Source: Escherichia phage EAWsc9. From it: 64,000 nt of DNA. A model generated the notes under the pieces. The model was not told the DNA's origin, searched no databases, and was given only the letters and a program-made list of their open reading frames with translations. Both the position numbers and the translations under genes were made by a program. Positions 54,316 to 64,000 of this stretch are shown one piece after another; within the stretch, counting starts at the first letter, position 1; every line of letters begins with the position of its first letter. Location of the stretch: sequence record PQ341120.1, one strand, 5' to 3'.

Positions 54316-54918
54316 ATGCTTTTTTCATTTTTTAACCCAATTGATTATGATGCTAAAACAATCAGAAAAAACTCGGCATCATTAACGAAAGAAGATGTCT
54401 TAAGCATCCCAATGACTGACATCTTCAGAAACTATCGTGCGTATTTTGATAAGGTTGCGGTTAATTATACACCGAAAACATATTACATCGCCGGAGCTCC
54501 GAGACCTGAAGAACTTGCATATCAGCTCTATGGTAATACTCAACTCTATTGGGTTCTCCTTATGCTTAATAATATCTATGACCCGTATTATGGTTGGATA
54601 TGTTCACAAGAATCATCATATCAGGCATCAATTCAACGCTATTCGAATATAGGTGGTAATCAGGTCCTTTATCATGTAAATGAAGACGGTGAAAAATTCT
54701 GGAATCTTGTTTCTTATCCTGATAATCCATACATATGGTACGATAAAGGTGATAAGAACAAATTATACCCACAGTATGAAGGCCCATTAGCTGCAGTGGA
54801 TATCTACGAAGATGCTATTCGCAAAAATGAATATAAACGAGAAATAAAGATAATCGACCCTAATGATATCGAATCATTTATTTCGGCATTAATCCGCGAG
54901 ATGGAGAAGGCGCTATGA
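54316..54918 (+). CDS. 53: Baseplate wedge protein gp53
   Basis: ORF-track start 54286 is TTG; ATG at 54316 gives MLFSFFNPIDYDAKTIRKN..., matching T4 gp53 N-terminus (MLFTFFDP...). Confidence 0.9.
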   Translation: MLFSFFNPIDYDAKTIRKNSASLTKEDVLSIPMTDIFRNYRAYFDKVAVNYTPKTYYIAGAPRPEELAYQLYGNTQLYWVLLMLNNIYDPYYGWICSQESSYQASIQRYSNIGGNQVLYHVNEDGEKFWNLVSYPDNPYIWYDKGDKNKLYPQYEGPLAAVDIYEDAIRKNEYKREIKIIDPNDIESFISALIREMEKAL

Positions 54919-56657
54919 TTAATATGTCAGATAGTGTAAGTTGGTTCGTCGGTGTTGTCGAAGACCGAATGGACCCACTTCAACAAGGTCGTGTTCGCGT
55001 CCGGGTATGGGGTATGCATCCATATGAGAAATCACAAGGGCCTGTAAAAGGTATCAGAACTGAAGACCTGCCATGGATGTCCGTACTGATGCCAACATCA
55101 TCTGCATCGGTTTCCGGTATTCAAACTGCCATGACTGGTATGGTACCAGGGACTCAGGTATATGGTCACTTTTTGGACAAGTGGAAGCTCAATGGATTAG
55201 TCCTTGGTACATATGGCTCAGCATCAAGACAGAAGGCAAACACAACAGAAGGTTTTAGTGACCCCACAGGGCAATATCCGCTTTATGTGGGCAATGATGC
55301 TGCTGCGCTTAACCGAGGCGGTGAGGTCGGTTATGATGACACTTCAAACGTAATACAAGATGCAAACACTGATGTAGGTATTAATCCAGACGGGTTAGAT
55401 TTAAGCCAAGTTAAGCCTGATGATAATCCTAATTTCACAATAGAAAACATGCTTCACCGCGATGAAGGTCTTCGTCTGAAAGTATATTGGGACACTGAAG
55501 GTTATCCTACTATAGGTATAGGACACTTAATTACACCACAACCTATTAGAGATATGAATCAGATAAACAAAATATTATCTAATCAAATAGGCCGTGAAGT
55601 TAAAGGTAACCCTGGTGCAATATCAATGGACGAGGCTTCTAAGTTATTCCAAGAAGACCTTAAAAAAGTCCAAAATGATATAGGCAGGCATAGCGTTGTA
55701 GGTCCGGTTTACAATAAAGAAAACCGTTCAAGACAAATGGCTCTTGAAAACATGGCTTTCCAAATGGGATTAGGTGGACTTGCTAAATTCCGTGGAATGC
55801 TTAGTGCAATGTTAATAGGCGATTATAAAAAGGCATTTGAAGAAGCTCGTAATTCAGTATGGTTTAACCAAACTAAAGGGCGTGCATCAAGGGTATCAAT
55901 GATTATCCTTACCGGTAATATGGAATCATATGGTATTATGGCTCCCAAAGAAAGGGAATTTAATGGGCGTTCTTATAGGATGATTCAAACCTTTGCAGCC
56001 CCTACAAATTCCGACCCGGCCGACCCGTGGACTCCAGAAGATACGAGGATTCTATTTAAAGAGCCAGAATCAAGTTACAAGGGCGAATATCCTTATGTGC
56101 AGACAATGCAAACTGAAGGCGGGCATATTCAGGAATTCGATAACACTCCAGGACAAGAACGTTATCGATTGATTCATCCGACCGGTTCCTATGAGGAAGT
56201 TGCACCAGATGGTCGTAAGACTTCGAAGACGGTAGCCGATGGCTATTATATGACCCAGGGTGATTCAAACACTTATGTTGGCGGGAATAATAAAGTCAAC
56301 GTTGGTGGTGATGAAACCTATTACAATATGGCTAACGTTCGTCGTCAGACCGATGGAAACGAAACCATCCATATTCGTGGTAACGAAGAGAAAACTGTAG
56401 AAGGTAATGGAACACTCAGAGTTAAAGGCAACGTTACTGTTATTGTTGAAGGAAATGCTGATGTTACTGTTAAGGGTGATGCGACTACCTTAGTAGAAGG
56501 TAATGAAACTCGCACGACTAATGGTAATTTAAACTGGACTGTAAATGGTACCGTATCTTGGACTTGTGCAGGTGCTTGGTCCGAGACTATGGCTTCAATG
56601 AGTTCTATTGCATCTGGTCAATATACTATTGATGGTTCGAGGATTGACATTGGCTAA
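54915..56657 (+). CDS. 5: Baseplate hub / tail lysozyme gp5
   Basis: 580 aa; N-terminal OB-fold, lysozyme domain YWDTEGYPTIGIGHLI, C-terminal VxGxxxx beta-helix repeats. Confidence 0.95.
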   Translation: MINMSDSVSWFVGVVEDRMDPLQQGRVRVRVWGMHPYEKSQGPVKGIRTEDLPWMSVLMPTSSASVSGIQTAMTGMVPGTQVYGHFLDKWKLNGLVLGTYGSASRQKANTTEGFSDPTGQYPLYVGNDAAALNRGGEVGYDDTSNVIQDANTDVGINPDGLDLSQVKPDDNPNFTIENMLHRDEGLRLKVYWDTEGYPTIGIGHLITPQPIRDMNQINKILSNQIGREVKGNPGAISMDEASKLFQEDLKKVQNDIGRHSVVGPVYNKENRSRQMALENMAFQMGLGGLAKFRGMLSAMLIGDYKKAFEEARNSVWFNQTKGRASRVSMIILTGNMESYGIMAPKEREFNGRSYRMIQTFAAPTNSDPADPWTPEDTRILFKEPESSYKGEYPYVQTMQTEGGHIQEFDNTPGQERYRLIHPTGSYEEVAPDGRKTSKTVADGYYMTQGDSNTYVGGNNKVNVGGDETYYNMANVRRQTDGNETIHIRGNEEKTVEGNGTLRVKGNVTVIVEGNADVTVKGDATTLVEGNETRTTNGNLNWTVNGTVSWTCAGAWSETMASMSSIASGQYTIDGSRIDIG

Positions 56658-56691
56658 TATACTTCCGATGAGCACTGACCTAGGAGACTCC

Positions 56692-57189
56692 ATGGAAGGA
56701 GCCTCAATCGATGTTACGTTTACAGCTCAATTAGAAACAAACGAAACATTAGTCGAAATAAATATAACTGAATATGAGGCCACCCCTGGCGTTAATGTTG
56801 AGGGAAATCATCTTTATGGTGTTTATGAATCCGTGTTCGGATTTGCAGATGATGCACTTAAATATCGGCTTAATGCTGAATTTAAAACTGCTGGTTCATG
56901 GGAAGACCTTCCTACCGATAAGAGTACTCAATTGTATCTCTGGAGGGCCCCATCGAGCCTCCAGAAGGTCTTTTCATACACGGTAACCCTAACCTATGAT
57001 TTTCAAGAAGAGAGCTCTGGTGGAGACACAGGGAACTCTGGTGGCAGTAATAGCCGTACAGGTAATGAGACCGACCCACCTCCTGCTCCAGTAAGAAAGA
57101 CAATGACAAAAGTTTACACAAAAACTATCGTTGGCAACTGGTCAAGATGGGCCGATAAATTGCGTTCATACGTATACGCGAGGGATTAA
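56692..57189 (+). CDS. 5.1: Baseplate-associated protein gp5.1
   Basis: ORF 56608..57189 trimmed to ATG at 56692 with AGGAG 5 nt upstream; position between 5 and 5.4. Confidence 0.6.
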   Translation: MEGASIDVTFTAQLETNETLVEINITEYEATPGVNVEGNHLYGVYESVFGFADDALKYRLNAEFKTAGSWEDLPTDKSTQLYLWRAPSSLQKVFSYTVTLTYDFQEESSGGDTGNSGGSNSRTGNETDPPPAPVRKTMTKVYTKTIVGNWSRWADKLRSYVYARD

Positions 57190-57482
57190 TGGCTGGATTA
57201 AGTTTTAATCAATGTGTTACAGCAGGCCACGAAGCATGGCCGCCGACTGTAATTAATGCAACTCAAAGTAAAGTATTCACCGGGGGAATTCCAGTATTAG
57301 TTGCTGGAGACCCTATTACCGAGCATACCGAAATTAAAAAACCATATGAAACCCATGGTGGAGTAACACAACCGCGTACATCAAAGGTATTTGTTACTGG
57401 TAAGAAAGCTGTTCAAATGGCAGACCCGATTTCATGTGGTGATACTGTGGCTCAAGCCTCATCAAAAGTCTTTATAAAATAG
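57189..57482 (+). CDS. 5.4: PAAR-repeat spike tip protein gp5.4
   Basis: 97 aa (as T4 gp5.4); PAAR-like motifs, follows gp5. Confidence 0.85.
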   Translation: MAGLSFNQCVTAGHEAWPPTVINATQSKVFTGGIPVLVAGDPITEHTEIKKPYETHGGVTQPRTSKVFVTGKKAVQMADPISCGDTVAQASSKVFIK

Positions 57483-57490
57483 GAAATAAA

Positions 57491-59437
57491 ATGGTTACTC
57501 CTACGAATTACCAATTAACAAGAACCGTTAACGCTATCCCAAAAGTATTTGTGGGAGCTACGTTTGAAGAAATTAAAAAGAATATCATCGACTGGTTATC
57601 AAGCCAGGATGAATTTAAGGATTATGATTTCGTAGGTTCGCGAATGAATATCCTGATTGACATGCTTGCATATAATACATTGTATATGCAGCAGTTTGCT
57701 AACACGGCGGTTTACGAATCATTTATCGGAACTGCAAACTTAAGGTCTTCAGTTGTTCAGGCTGCACAGGATAATGGTTATCTTCCATCTTCTCGCTCAG
57801 CTGCAAAGACTTCGGTTATGTTGACATGTTCTCATGCTCTGCAACCATCGAATATTGAAATCCCACGAGGAACTAAATTCCTGGCCTATGCTCGTGATAC
57901 ATCAGCTGACCCTTATGTTTTTGTTACCACGGAAAACGTTATCGCGGTTAAAGATATTAACAACCAATATCTTCCGATTGTATCTCTGGCGCAGGGTCGT
58001 ATTATTCGTACAGAACTTTTATATGACCCGAAACAACCTATTCTTATCCGCGACCCGGATATTGACCGCAAAGAAGTTAAGTTATATGTGAATGGTGTTG
58101 AGTGGGATGACTGGACGAACAAATCAATGGTTCATGCTGGTTCGACTTCCACCATATTTTATATGCGTGAAACAATCGATGGCTATACCGAATTTTTCTT
58201 TGGTGAAGGTGAATCCACCAAATCTGTGGCCGGTGGCGTTATGGAAGCCAACTATATTGGCGGTCTTAAACCCGTGCAAGATTCAACAATTGTTATTGAG
58301 TATCTTCGTACTTCCGGGGCAGATGCAAACGGCGCTGTCGATTTCAGTTATGCTGATACGTTGTCTTATATCACAGTGGATAAGATTACTGAAAACTACA
58401 ATAATGACCCTGATTATGTCGGTGCTGATGGTGGTGGTGACCCAGAAGATATCGAACGTATCCGTGAACTGGCTGTTGTTAAACGTGAAGCGCAGATGCG
58501 TGCTGTCACCGGAACAGATTATGATACCTTCGTATCCGAAAGATTTGGCTCAATCGTGCAAGCTGTGCAGACGTTTACAGACGCTAATAAACCCGGGTAT
58601 GCGTTTATATCAGTTAAGCCTAAATCGGGCTTGTATCTCACTGCAGTGCAGCGTGAGGACATCCAGAACTACCTTAGCGAGTTCAACGTATCAACAATTA
58701 CACCATCGGTAATTTCTCCGGATTATTTGTTCCTTAAACATAATATCAAAGTGTCTTATGCGCTGAACAAATTGCAAGAATCTGAACAATGGTTGCAAGC
58801 ACAAATCATTAATCAGATTGACCGTTATTATATTGATGAAGTTGAAATCTTTAACAGAAGTTTTGCTAAGTCAAAAATGCTTACATACGTGGATAATACC
58901 GACCATAGTATTCTTGGTTCGTCTGCAACCATTTCGATGGTGCGTGAGGTCCTGAACTTCTTTAAGACTCCGGAATCCGGCATTAAATACTATAACCAGT
59001 ATGGCAACCGTTCAGTCGAATCAAGCGAATTTGAATTTGTTCCGACTACGGGTGAAGCCTATAACGTTCGCATTGTTGCAACTGATAAAGATTCTCGTGG
59101 TGATGGCAAAATGGTAATTGGTCCATTCCGTCCGGGTGATGTTATCGAAAACGTAAACATCCAGCCTTACCTACAAGATGACTTTAATAAAATGGAAGCT
59201 CCGGCTGACCAAACAGTTTATTACGCAATTGGCGAAATTGACTATTACTCTGACTATATTTTTTGGGATATCGCCGCGATTGGATTGACCTCCGAGCGCT
59301 TTGAAGTTCAATCAATCGAACTTTATGCAAGTCCCAACCAAGATAATATATACACGCAAGATGGTTCACTGATTGTATTTGAGAATGACCTTCGTCCGCA
59401 ATATACAAAGATTGACCTTGAACCGATTACACTATAA
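57491..59437 (+). CDS. 6: Baseplate wedge protein gp6
   Basis: 648 aa in conserved 53-5-6-7-8 order. Confidence 0.9.
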   Translation: MVTPTNYQLTRTVNAIPKVFVGATFEEIKKNIIDWLSSQDEFKDYDFVGSRMNILIDMLAYNTLYMQQFANTAVYESFIGTANLRSSVVQAAQDNGYLPSSRSAAKTSVMLTCSHALQPSNIEIPRGTKFLAYARDTSADPYVFVTTENVIAVKDINNQYLPIVSLAQGRIIRTELLYDPKQPILIRDPDIDRKEVKLYVNGVEWDDWTNKSMVHAGSTSTIFYMRETIDGYTEFFFGEGESTKSVAGGVMEANYIGGLKPVQDSTIVIEYLRTSGADANGAVDFSYADTLSYITVDKITENYNNDPDYVGADGGGDPEDIERIRELAVVKREAQMRAVTGTDYDTFVSERFGSIVQAVQTFTDANKPGYAFISVKPKSGLYLTAVQREDIQNYLSEFNVSTITPSVISPDYLFLKHNIKVSYALNKLQESEQWLQAQIINQIDRYYIDEVEIFNRSFAKSKMLTYVDNTDHSILGSSATISMVREVLNFFKTPESGIKYYNQYGNRSVESSEFEFVPTTGEAYNVRIVATDKDSRGDGKMVIGPFRPGDVIENVNIQPYLQDDFNKMEAPADQTVYYAIGEIDYYSDYIFWDIAAIGLTSERFEVQSIELYASPNQDNIYTQDGSLIVFENDLRPQYTKIDLEPITL

Positions 59438-59456
59438 GCCTCTTCGGAGGCTTTTT
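59437..59456 (+). terminator. UUCG-tetraloop hairpin with T-tract after gene 6
   Basis: agcctcTTCGgaggct followed by ttttt. Confidence 0.5.
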
Positions 59457-59465
59457 AAGGAAACC

Positions 59466-62400
59466 ATGATGAGTGTTAAAGCCCCTTATGTAACCAGCTT
59501 ACGGATTGATAAACTATCTGCTAACCAGGTTAGCATAAAATGGGATAATGTTGGCGCCAACTTTTATTATTTTGTTGAGATTGCTACGACAAAAGAAAAT
59601 GGTGTTGCTATTCCAGAAGAAAATCTGTTATGGAGGAATTTAGGTTATACTCCAGACAATGAATGGTTCGAACAAGATTTTATTCGTCCAGTATCATTTT
59701 ACAAAATGCGTGTTGCTGTTGCAGCAATGGGTTTTGAACAATCTGATTGGGTTTATACCGAAGAATTTGAAACCTTTGCAACTAACGCATACACATTTGA
59801 GCACATGCGTGAATTTACATTAACAAATAAATTCATCGAAGAAAAATTTACAAACAATAACCAAGCTTATATCAACTTTAATAATGATGCAATTATGGCA
59901 TCGCTGATGTCTGAAGATTTTAGCTTTACTCCTGCGTATTCTCATTTGTCTTCAATTTCAAACTATGTATTAAAAGAAGACCAATATCACGAAATTCAGG
60001 GTAGTATTCAGCCGGTGTGTAATGATGTTAATCGTACAATGATTGCTGAACTTGGTGGCGTACTGTATTTGTTTGAACGATTCCAGACAACTGTCAAAGT
60101 CTCCAATGATAAAGGGCAGAACTGGTATTATGTAAAATTGTTTAATGACCGTATCGGTAACCCGGTATCGCGCACAATTTATTATCAATCAGATACGACA
60201 ACTTACGTACTCGGGTATGACCGAATTTTTTACGGCCGCAAATCAAGTGACATAAGATGGTCTGCTGATGATGTTCGATTCAGTTCCCAGGATATAACAT
60301 TTGCAAAAATTGGTTCGGATATCAATCTTGGATTTGATATTGAAATATTTGGCACATACGCAAGACTTCCTGCTTATATCTCGACAATTGCTGAAGCAAT
60401 CACTACGACCGATTCCATGATTTACGTTGCCGGGCGCGACCGCGTGTACAAAGCTAAATCTTCTGATGCTCCAATTGATAATGACCCCAACTCCCCAACA
60501 TTCGGTGAAAAATTATTTGAAGCTGGATATAGCACAATAAGTGGTAACCCAAAAGCTGTTTGTTATAAGATGGATTCAATTGACGGTGAAGTATTTGCAT
60601 TAATCACGGGGGAAGTAAAAGAAGAGCGACAAGACCCGACTAAACCTGAAAACGTTGTCGATTCGTTATCTAAGGGCGTTTATAAATTAAATGCTGACAC
60701 CGATACATGGACACGAGTTTTTGGTAACACAGAGGATGAACGTCGACGTATTGAACATGGTTACACAAGCATGTCAACCGACGGAATTGAACTTTTTATC
60801 AGTTCAAGCAACTTCCGTTATTCCGTAGAGCCGGATACTGAACTCCCTGCTAAGTATCCTGAAGAAGTTAATGAAGCAGTCAAATATGTGTATGACGAAC
60901 AATGGATACATGACAAGCATTATTTGATGATGAGTTTTAGGTCGAATAAAGATTCAGGTTGGGAAGAGTTTAAACCTGGTCGTATGTCATATTACGCTGA
61001 ACCGTTCTTTAACTGGTCTCGTCGTGATGATACTCGTTGTTGGATTACCACATCAGACAGAGCTCTGGTTGTATATAATGACATGCTATATCAAAAGATT
61101 ATCGATACCTTTGGTGGTTCATCGCCTGAACGTATTGTACACGAATACTGGAATAAAGGTCAAGTAAAAGTTACTTCTCCTAACATCGAATTCAATGGCT
61201 TTAAAAAATACGCCTCGGGTATTATGTTACACAAAAATACTGGAGAGCTTATTGGTTATTTTGAATTTGACTATCGTAAACGTGATGAAGTTAGATTAAT
61301 CTGGAAACCGAAAGAAGTTATGTTCACTGCAGAATTACAGAACCAGGAACATGATATTCCATGGACCCCAGATAATGACGAACAAGAGAAAGACCCAGAC
61401 TTGCGTCCTCTTTTAACAAAGATGGTTCCGGATAGTTATTTGCTCCAGGATAGCAACTTCGAAAAATTCTGTGAATATTATTTGCAGTTTATCAGTGATG
61501 GCTCTGGTACCTATTATAACAACCTTTTGAACTTGATTCGCAACCAGTACCCGCGCGAGGAAGATGCATGGGAATACCTTTGGAGCGAAATGTACAAAAG
61601 AAATATATATTTGTCAAAGACCAAGCGTGACGAAGTAGTTCGTTTCTTTGAAGCAAGACAGTCTGATTTTTGGGCCACTAAGGGTACTGAAGCATCCTAT
61701 AAGTTTTTGTTCAAATTGTTATATAATGAAGACGTTGAAATCGATATTGAATCCAAGAACGGAACCGAGTATGACATAATCGTCGAATCTGATAACATCA
61801 GCGAAGATATTGTTGGACAAACAATTTACACACCAACTGGTCGCAGTAACGTTACTTATATGGAACGTGACTACAAACAGGGTAAATTGAGATGGCGTAT
61901 CACGATTCATAACTTACTTGGTCGCTTTATTGTTGGGCAAGAAATTAAATCCGAAAGGACTTCCTTTGAAGGTATGATTGTTCAGGGTGTTCGTGGGAAA
62001 GAATTACTTAGCAACAACATCGATTATATCAACCGAAATCGTTCTTACTATGTAATGACCATTAAATCAAGTCTCCCAACATCTCGTTATCGTAATGACG
62101 TATTGCGATTTGTTCATCCGGTTGGATTTGGATTCGTTGGAATTACATTATTGACAATGTTTGTTAATGCTGGTCTGTCATTAAAACATACAGAAACTAT
62201 TATCAATAAACTGAACAACTATCGTTGGTCGTCTGGTATTCCGTCAGAATGGTGCGACCGTATCGCAGTTATTGGGGCCGATGGAAACATTGAGCATAGT
62301 CCTGTTACAGGTGAAGCAGTATATAATATTGCTCCTAATGCAGGTTTACCATTCCCATTACCAGCAGATTACGATGCCGAAAACGATTTTTCGGATTTTC

Positions 62401-62564
62401 ATGGGACTCTCCCGTCTGAACGTCGTAAAAAATACAGTCCATTGTTTGACCAGTCTGCCGTGACTTTTGCTAACTGGCGCAATTTGGTTAATCAACGTCT
62501 TAAGGATGATATTGGTAATCCACGCGACCCGAAAGACCCCACACAGGTAAAGGTAAATGAATAA
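59466..62564 (+). CDS. 7: Baseplate wedge initiator gp7
   Basis: Internal ATG with AAGGAAACC upstream gives 1032 aa, the length of T4 gp7. Confidence 0.9.
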   Translation: MMSVKAPYVTSLRIDKLSANQVSIKWDNVGANFYYFVEIATTKENGVAIPEENLLWRNLGYTPDNEWFEQDFIRPVSFYKMRVAVAAMGFEQSDWVYTEEFETFATNAYTFEHMREFTLTNKFIEEKFTNNNQAYINFNNDAIMASLMSEDFSFTPAYSHLSSISNYVLKEDQYHEIQGSIQPVCNDVNRTMIAELGGVLYLFERFQTTVKVSNDKGQNWYYVKLFNDRIGNPVSRTIYYQSDTTTYVLGYDRIFYGRKSSDIRWSADDVRFSSQDITFAKIGSDINLGFDIEIFGTYARLPAYISTIAEAITTTDSMIYVAGRDRVYKAKSSDAPIDNDPNSPTFGEKLFEAGYSTISGNPKAVCYKMDSIDGEVFALITGEVKEERQDPTKPENVVDSLSKGVYKLNADTDTWTRVFGNTEDERRRIEHGYTSMSTDGIELFISSSNFRYSVEPDTELPAKYPEEVNEAVKYVYDEQWIHDKHYLMMSFRSNKDSGWEEFKPGRMSYYAEPFFNWSRRDDTRCWITTSDRALVVYNDMLYQKIIDTFGGSSPERIVHEYWNKGQVKVTSPNIEFNGFKKYASGIMLHKNTGELIGYFEFDYRKRDEVRLIWKPKEVMFTAELQNQEHDIPWTPDNDEQEKDPDLRPLLTKMVPDSYLLQDSNFEKFCEYYLQFISDGSGTYYNNLLNLIRNQYPREEDAWEYLWSEMYKRNIYLSKTKRDEVVRFFEARQSDFWATKGTEASYKFLFKLLYNEDVEIDIESKNGTEYDIIVESDNISEDIVGQTIYTPTGRSNVTYMERDYKQGKLRWRITIHNLLGRFIVGQEIKSERTSFEGMIVQGVRGKELLSNNIDYINRNRSYYVMTIKSSLPTSRYRNDVLRFVHPVGFGFVGITLLTMFVNAGLSLKHTETIINKLNNYRWSSGIPSEWCDRIAVIGADGNIEHSPVTGEAVYNIAPNAGLPFPLPADYDAENDFSDFHGTLPSERRKKYSPLFDQSAVTFANWRNLVNQRLKDDIGNPRDPKDPTQVKVNE

Positions 62565-63561
62565 TTCATCTGTAGTTTATCGTTCGATAATTACCTCGAA
62601 ATTTCGAACTGAAAAAATGTATAACTTTTATAAAATGATTGGTAATGAGCCCGACCAAAATACGATGTATGTAACATTCGGTCGTGCTGAACCCTGGGCT
62701 TCGAATGAGAATGACCCAGGGTTCGCCCCTCCTTATCCGGTTGATACAGCACAAGGTGTTGAAGATACTTGGACCAATATGATGGGGGCAGTCAAAGTTT
62801 ATAAATCAATGCTTGATTGTGTTGTCCCACGTAAAGACTGGGGCGATATCAGATATCCTAATCCGCTTAACTTCCAGGTAGGGGAAATTGTTGTAGCTAA
62901 CAGTGCTCCATATAACCGAACTGATGTTGGTAAAGGTTGGATGGTTTATCGTTGTGTAGATGTTCCTGATGTTGGGACTTGCTCCATTTATTCCATTATC
63001 AATAAAGAAGAGTGCTTAAAACTCGGTGGTAAATGGACGGCGGAATATAACTCGACGAGAGCTCCAGCAGGGACTGGCGACACTGAAGGACGAGTTGATA
63101 TGGGCGATGGTTATCTCTGGGAATATTTGTATGAGATTCCGCCTGATGTATCCATCAACCGTTGTACTAACGAATATATTGTTGTTCCATGGCCTGAAGA
63201 AATCGAAGAAGACCCATCACGTTGGGGTTACAAAGACAATATCAGCTGGCAACAAGATGATTTCGGTTTAATATATAGAATCAAAGGATATACAATCAGA
63301 TTTAAAGCATTTATGGATTCCATTTACTTCCCAGAATTCAGTCTCCCGGGAAACAAAGGCTTCCGACAGCTGTCGATTATATCCAACCCACTTGAAGTTA
63401 AAGTGCATCCTAATGACCCAAATATCAAAGCAATCAAAGAATACTACGATGCAATTGATTTGGACCGTCATTCTGGGGAAATGATTTATATGGAAAACCG
63501 CCCACCAATTATTCGTGCAATGGACCAGACAGAAGAAGTTAACATTATTTTTGAATTCTAA
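62557..63561 (+). CDS. 8: Baseplate wedge protein gp8
   Basis: 334 aa, the length of T4 gp8; follows gp7 with 8 nt overlap. Confidence 0.9.
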   Translation: MNNSSVVYRSIITSKFRTEKMYNFYKMIGNEPDQNTMYVTFGRAEPWASNENDPGFAPPYPVDTAQGVEDTWTNMMGAVKVYKSMLDCVVPRKDWGDIRYPNPLNFQVGEIVVANSAPYNRTDVGKGWMVYRCVDVPDVGTCSIYSIINKEECLKLGGKWTAEYNSTRAPAGTGDTEGRVDMGDGYLWEYLYEIPPDVSINRCTNEYIVVPWPEEIEEDPSRWGYKDNISWQQDDFGLIYRIKGYTIRFKAFMDSIYFPEFSLPGNKGFRQLSIISNPLEVKVHPNDPNIKAIKEYYDAIDLDRHSGEMIYMENRPPIIRAMDQTEEVNIIFEF

Positions 63562-63564
63562 CTA

Positions 63565-63586
63565 GGGACCTTCGGGTCCCTTTTTT
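63565..63586 (+). terminator. Rho-independent terminator after gene 8
   Basis: gggaccTTCGggtccc followed by tttttt. Confidence 0.6.
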
Positions 63587-63590
63587 ATTC

Positions 63591-63598
63591 TATAAATA
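63591..63598 (+). promoter_or_regulatory. T4-type late promoter TATAAATA for gene 9
   Basis: Perfect TATAAATA 28 nt upstream of gene 9 ATG. Confidence 0.65.
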
Positions 63599-63625
63599 TA
63601 GCTATATCAATAACGAGGCTTACCT

Positions 63626-64000
63626 ATGATTAATCAAACCCCAAAATTATTAGTAGACATCGGCGAGATTGGTAACGCCAGCACCGGTGATATTCTATAT
63701 GAAGGCGGTCGTAAACTGAACGTGGATTTAGACAGTTTGTATAATACATTCGGCGACCAGCGTCTGTACTCTGTGAACAATGGAGAAAACTCCCAGGTAC
63801 TTCATGCGACTGGCTACTATCAAAAAGCCACAAATATCATCGAATGGAACTCGACTGTTGCTCTCGGTTCTATGCGAGACGTCAATACTTCCGAAGGTGT
63901 TATCACTGCAAGAATTGCAAAAGGTAAAGCAGGCGAAGGTGTTATCTTTATTAACTCCAATGGTTCATTATCCACCTCGATGCCTCTGGAAGTTGAACTA
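63626..64000 (+). CDS. 9: Baseplate protein gp9 (N-terminal part; continues beyond window end)
   Basis: MINQTPKLLVDIGEIGNASTGDILYEGGRKLNVDLDSLYNTFGDQR... matches T4 gp9 N-terminus; no stop before 64000. Confidence 0.9.
   Translation, partial: MINQTPKLLVDIGEIGNASTGDILYEGGRKLNVDLDSLYNTFGDQRLYSVNNGENSQVLHATGYYQKATNIIEWNSTVALGSMRDVNTSEGVITARIAKGKAGEGVIFINSNGSLSTSMPLEVEL

Noticed and set aside
58092-58712. 206 aa plus-strand ORF in an alternative frame inside gene 6
   Set aside because: Same-strand overlap with a conserved baseplate gene; low-complexity translation; treated as a frame artefact.

Overview
This 64 kb window is a contiguous segment of a T4-type myovirus genome (Tevenvirinae; closest to RB69-like phages by recalled protein similarity), in standard T4 orientation. 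It runs from the 5' part of uvsX through the replication/recombination genes 43, regA, 62, 44, 45, 46 and 47, the late sigma factor 55, the anaerobic NrdH/NrdG/NrdD module, endonuclease VII (49), nrdC, rI, tk, regB, denV, lysozyme e and nudE, then a two-tRNA locus, an internal-protein gene array, 57B/57A, dNMP kinase (1) and the baseplate block 3-2-4-53-5-5.1-5.4-6-7-8-9 (9 is partial). Early and middle genes are on the minus strand; baseplate genes from 53 onward are on the plus strand. Three hyperplastic stretches (nrdC to tk, tk to denV, nudE to 57B) hold many small ORFans, several paralogous families, recurring early-promoter/stem-loop cassettes and candidate anti-defence or superinfection-exclusion genes. 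The most interesting candidates are the internal-protein array, a tandem quartet of small proteins ending in W-x-x-S-S-x-x-C, an opposite-strand collagen-like fibre gene, a macro-domain protein and a nucleotidyltransferase-like protein. No CRISPR array, rRNA, integrase or transposase was seen. All homology statements come from recall of T4/RB69 proteins and motifs, not from a database search; starts were adjusted to internal ATG codons where the ORF-track start is a non-ATG codon (in those cases I checked) or lacks a ribosome-binding site.
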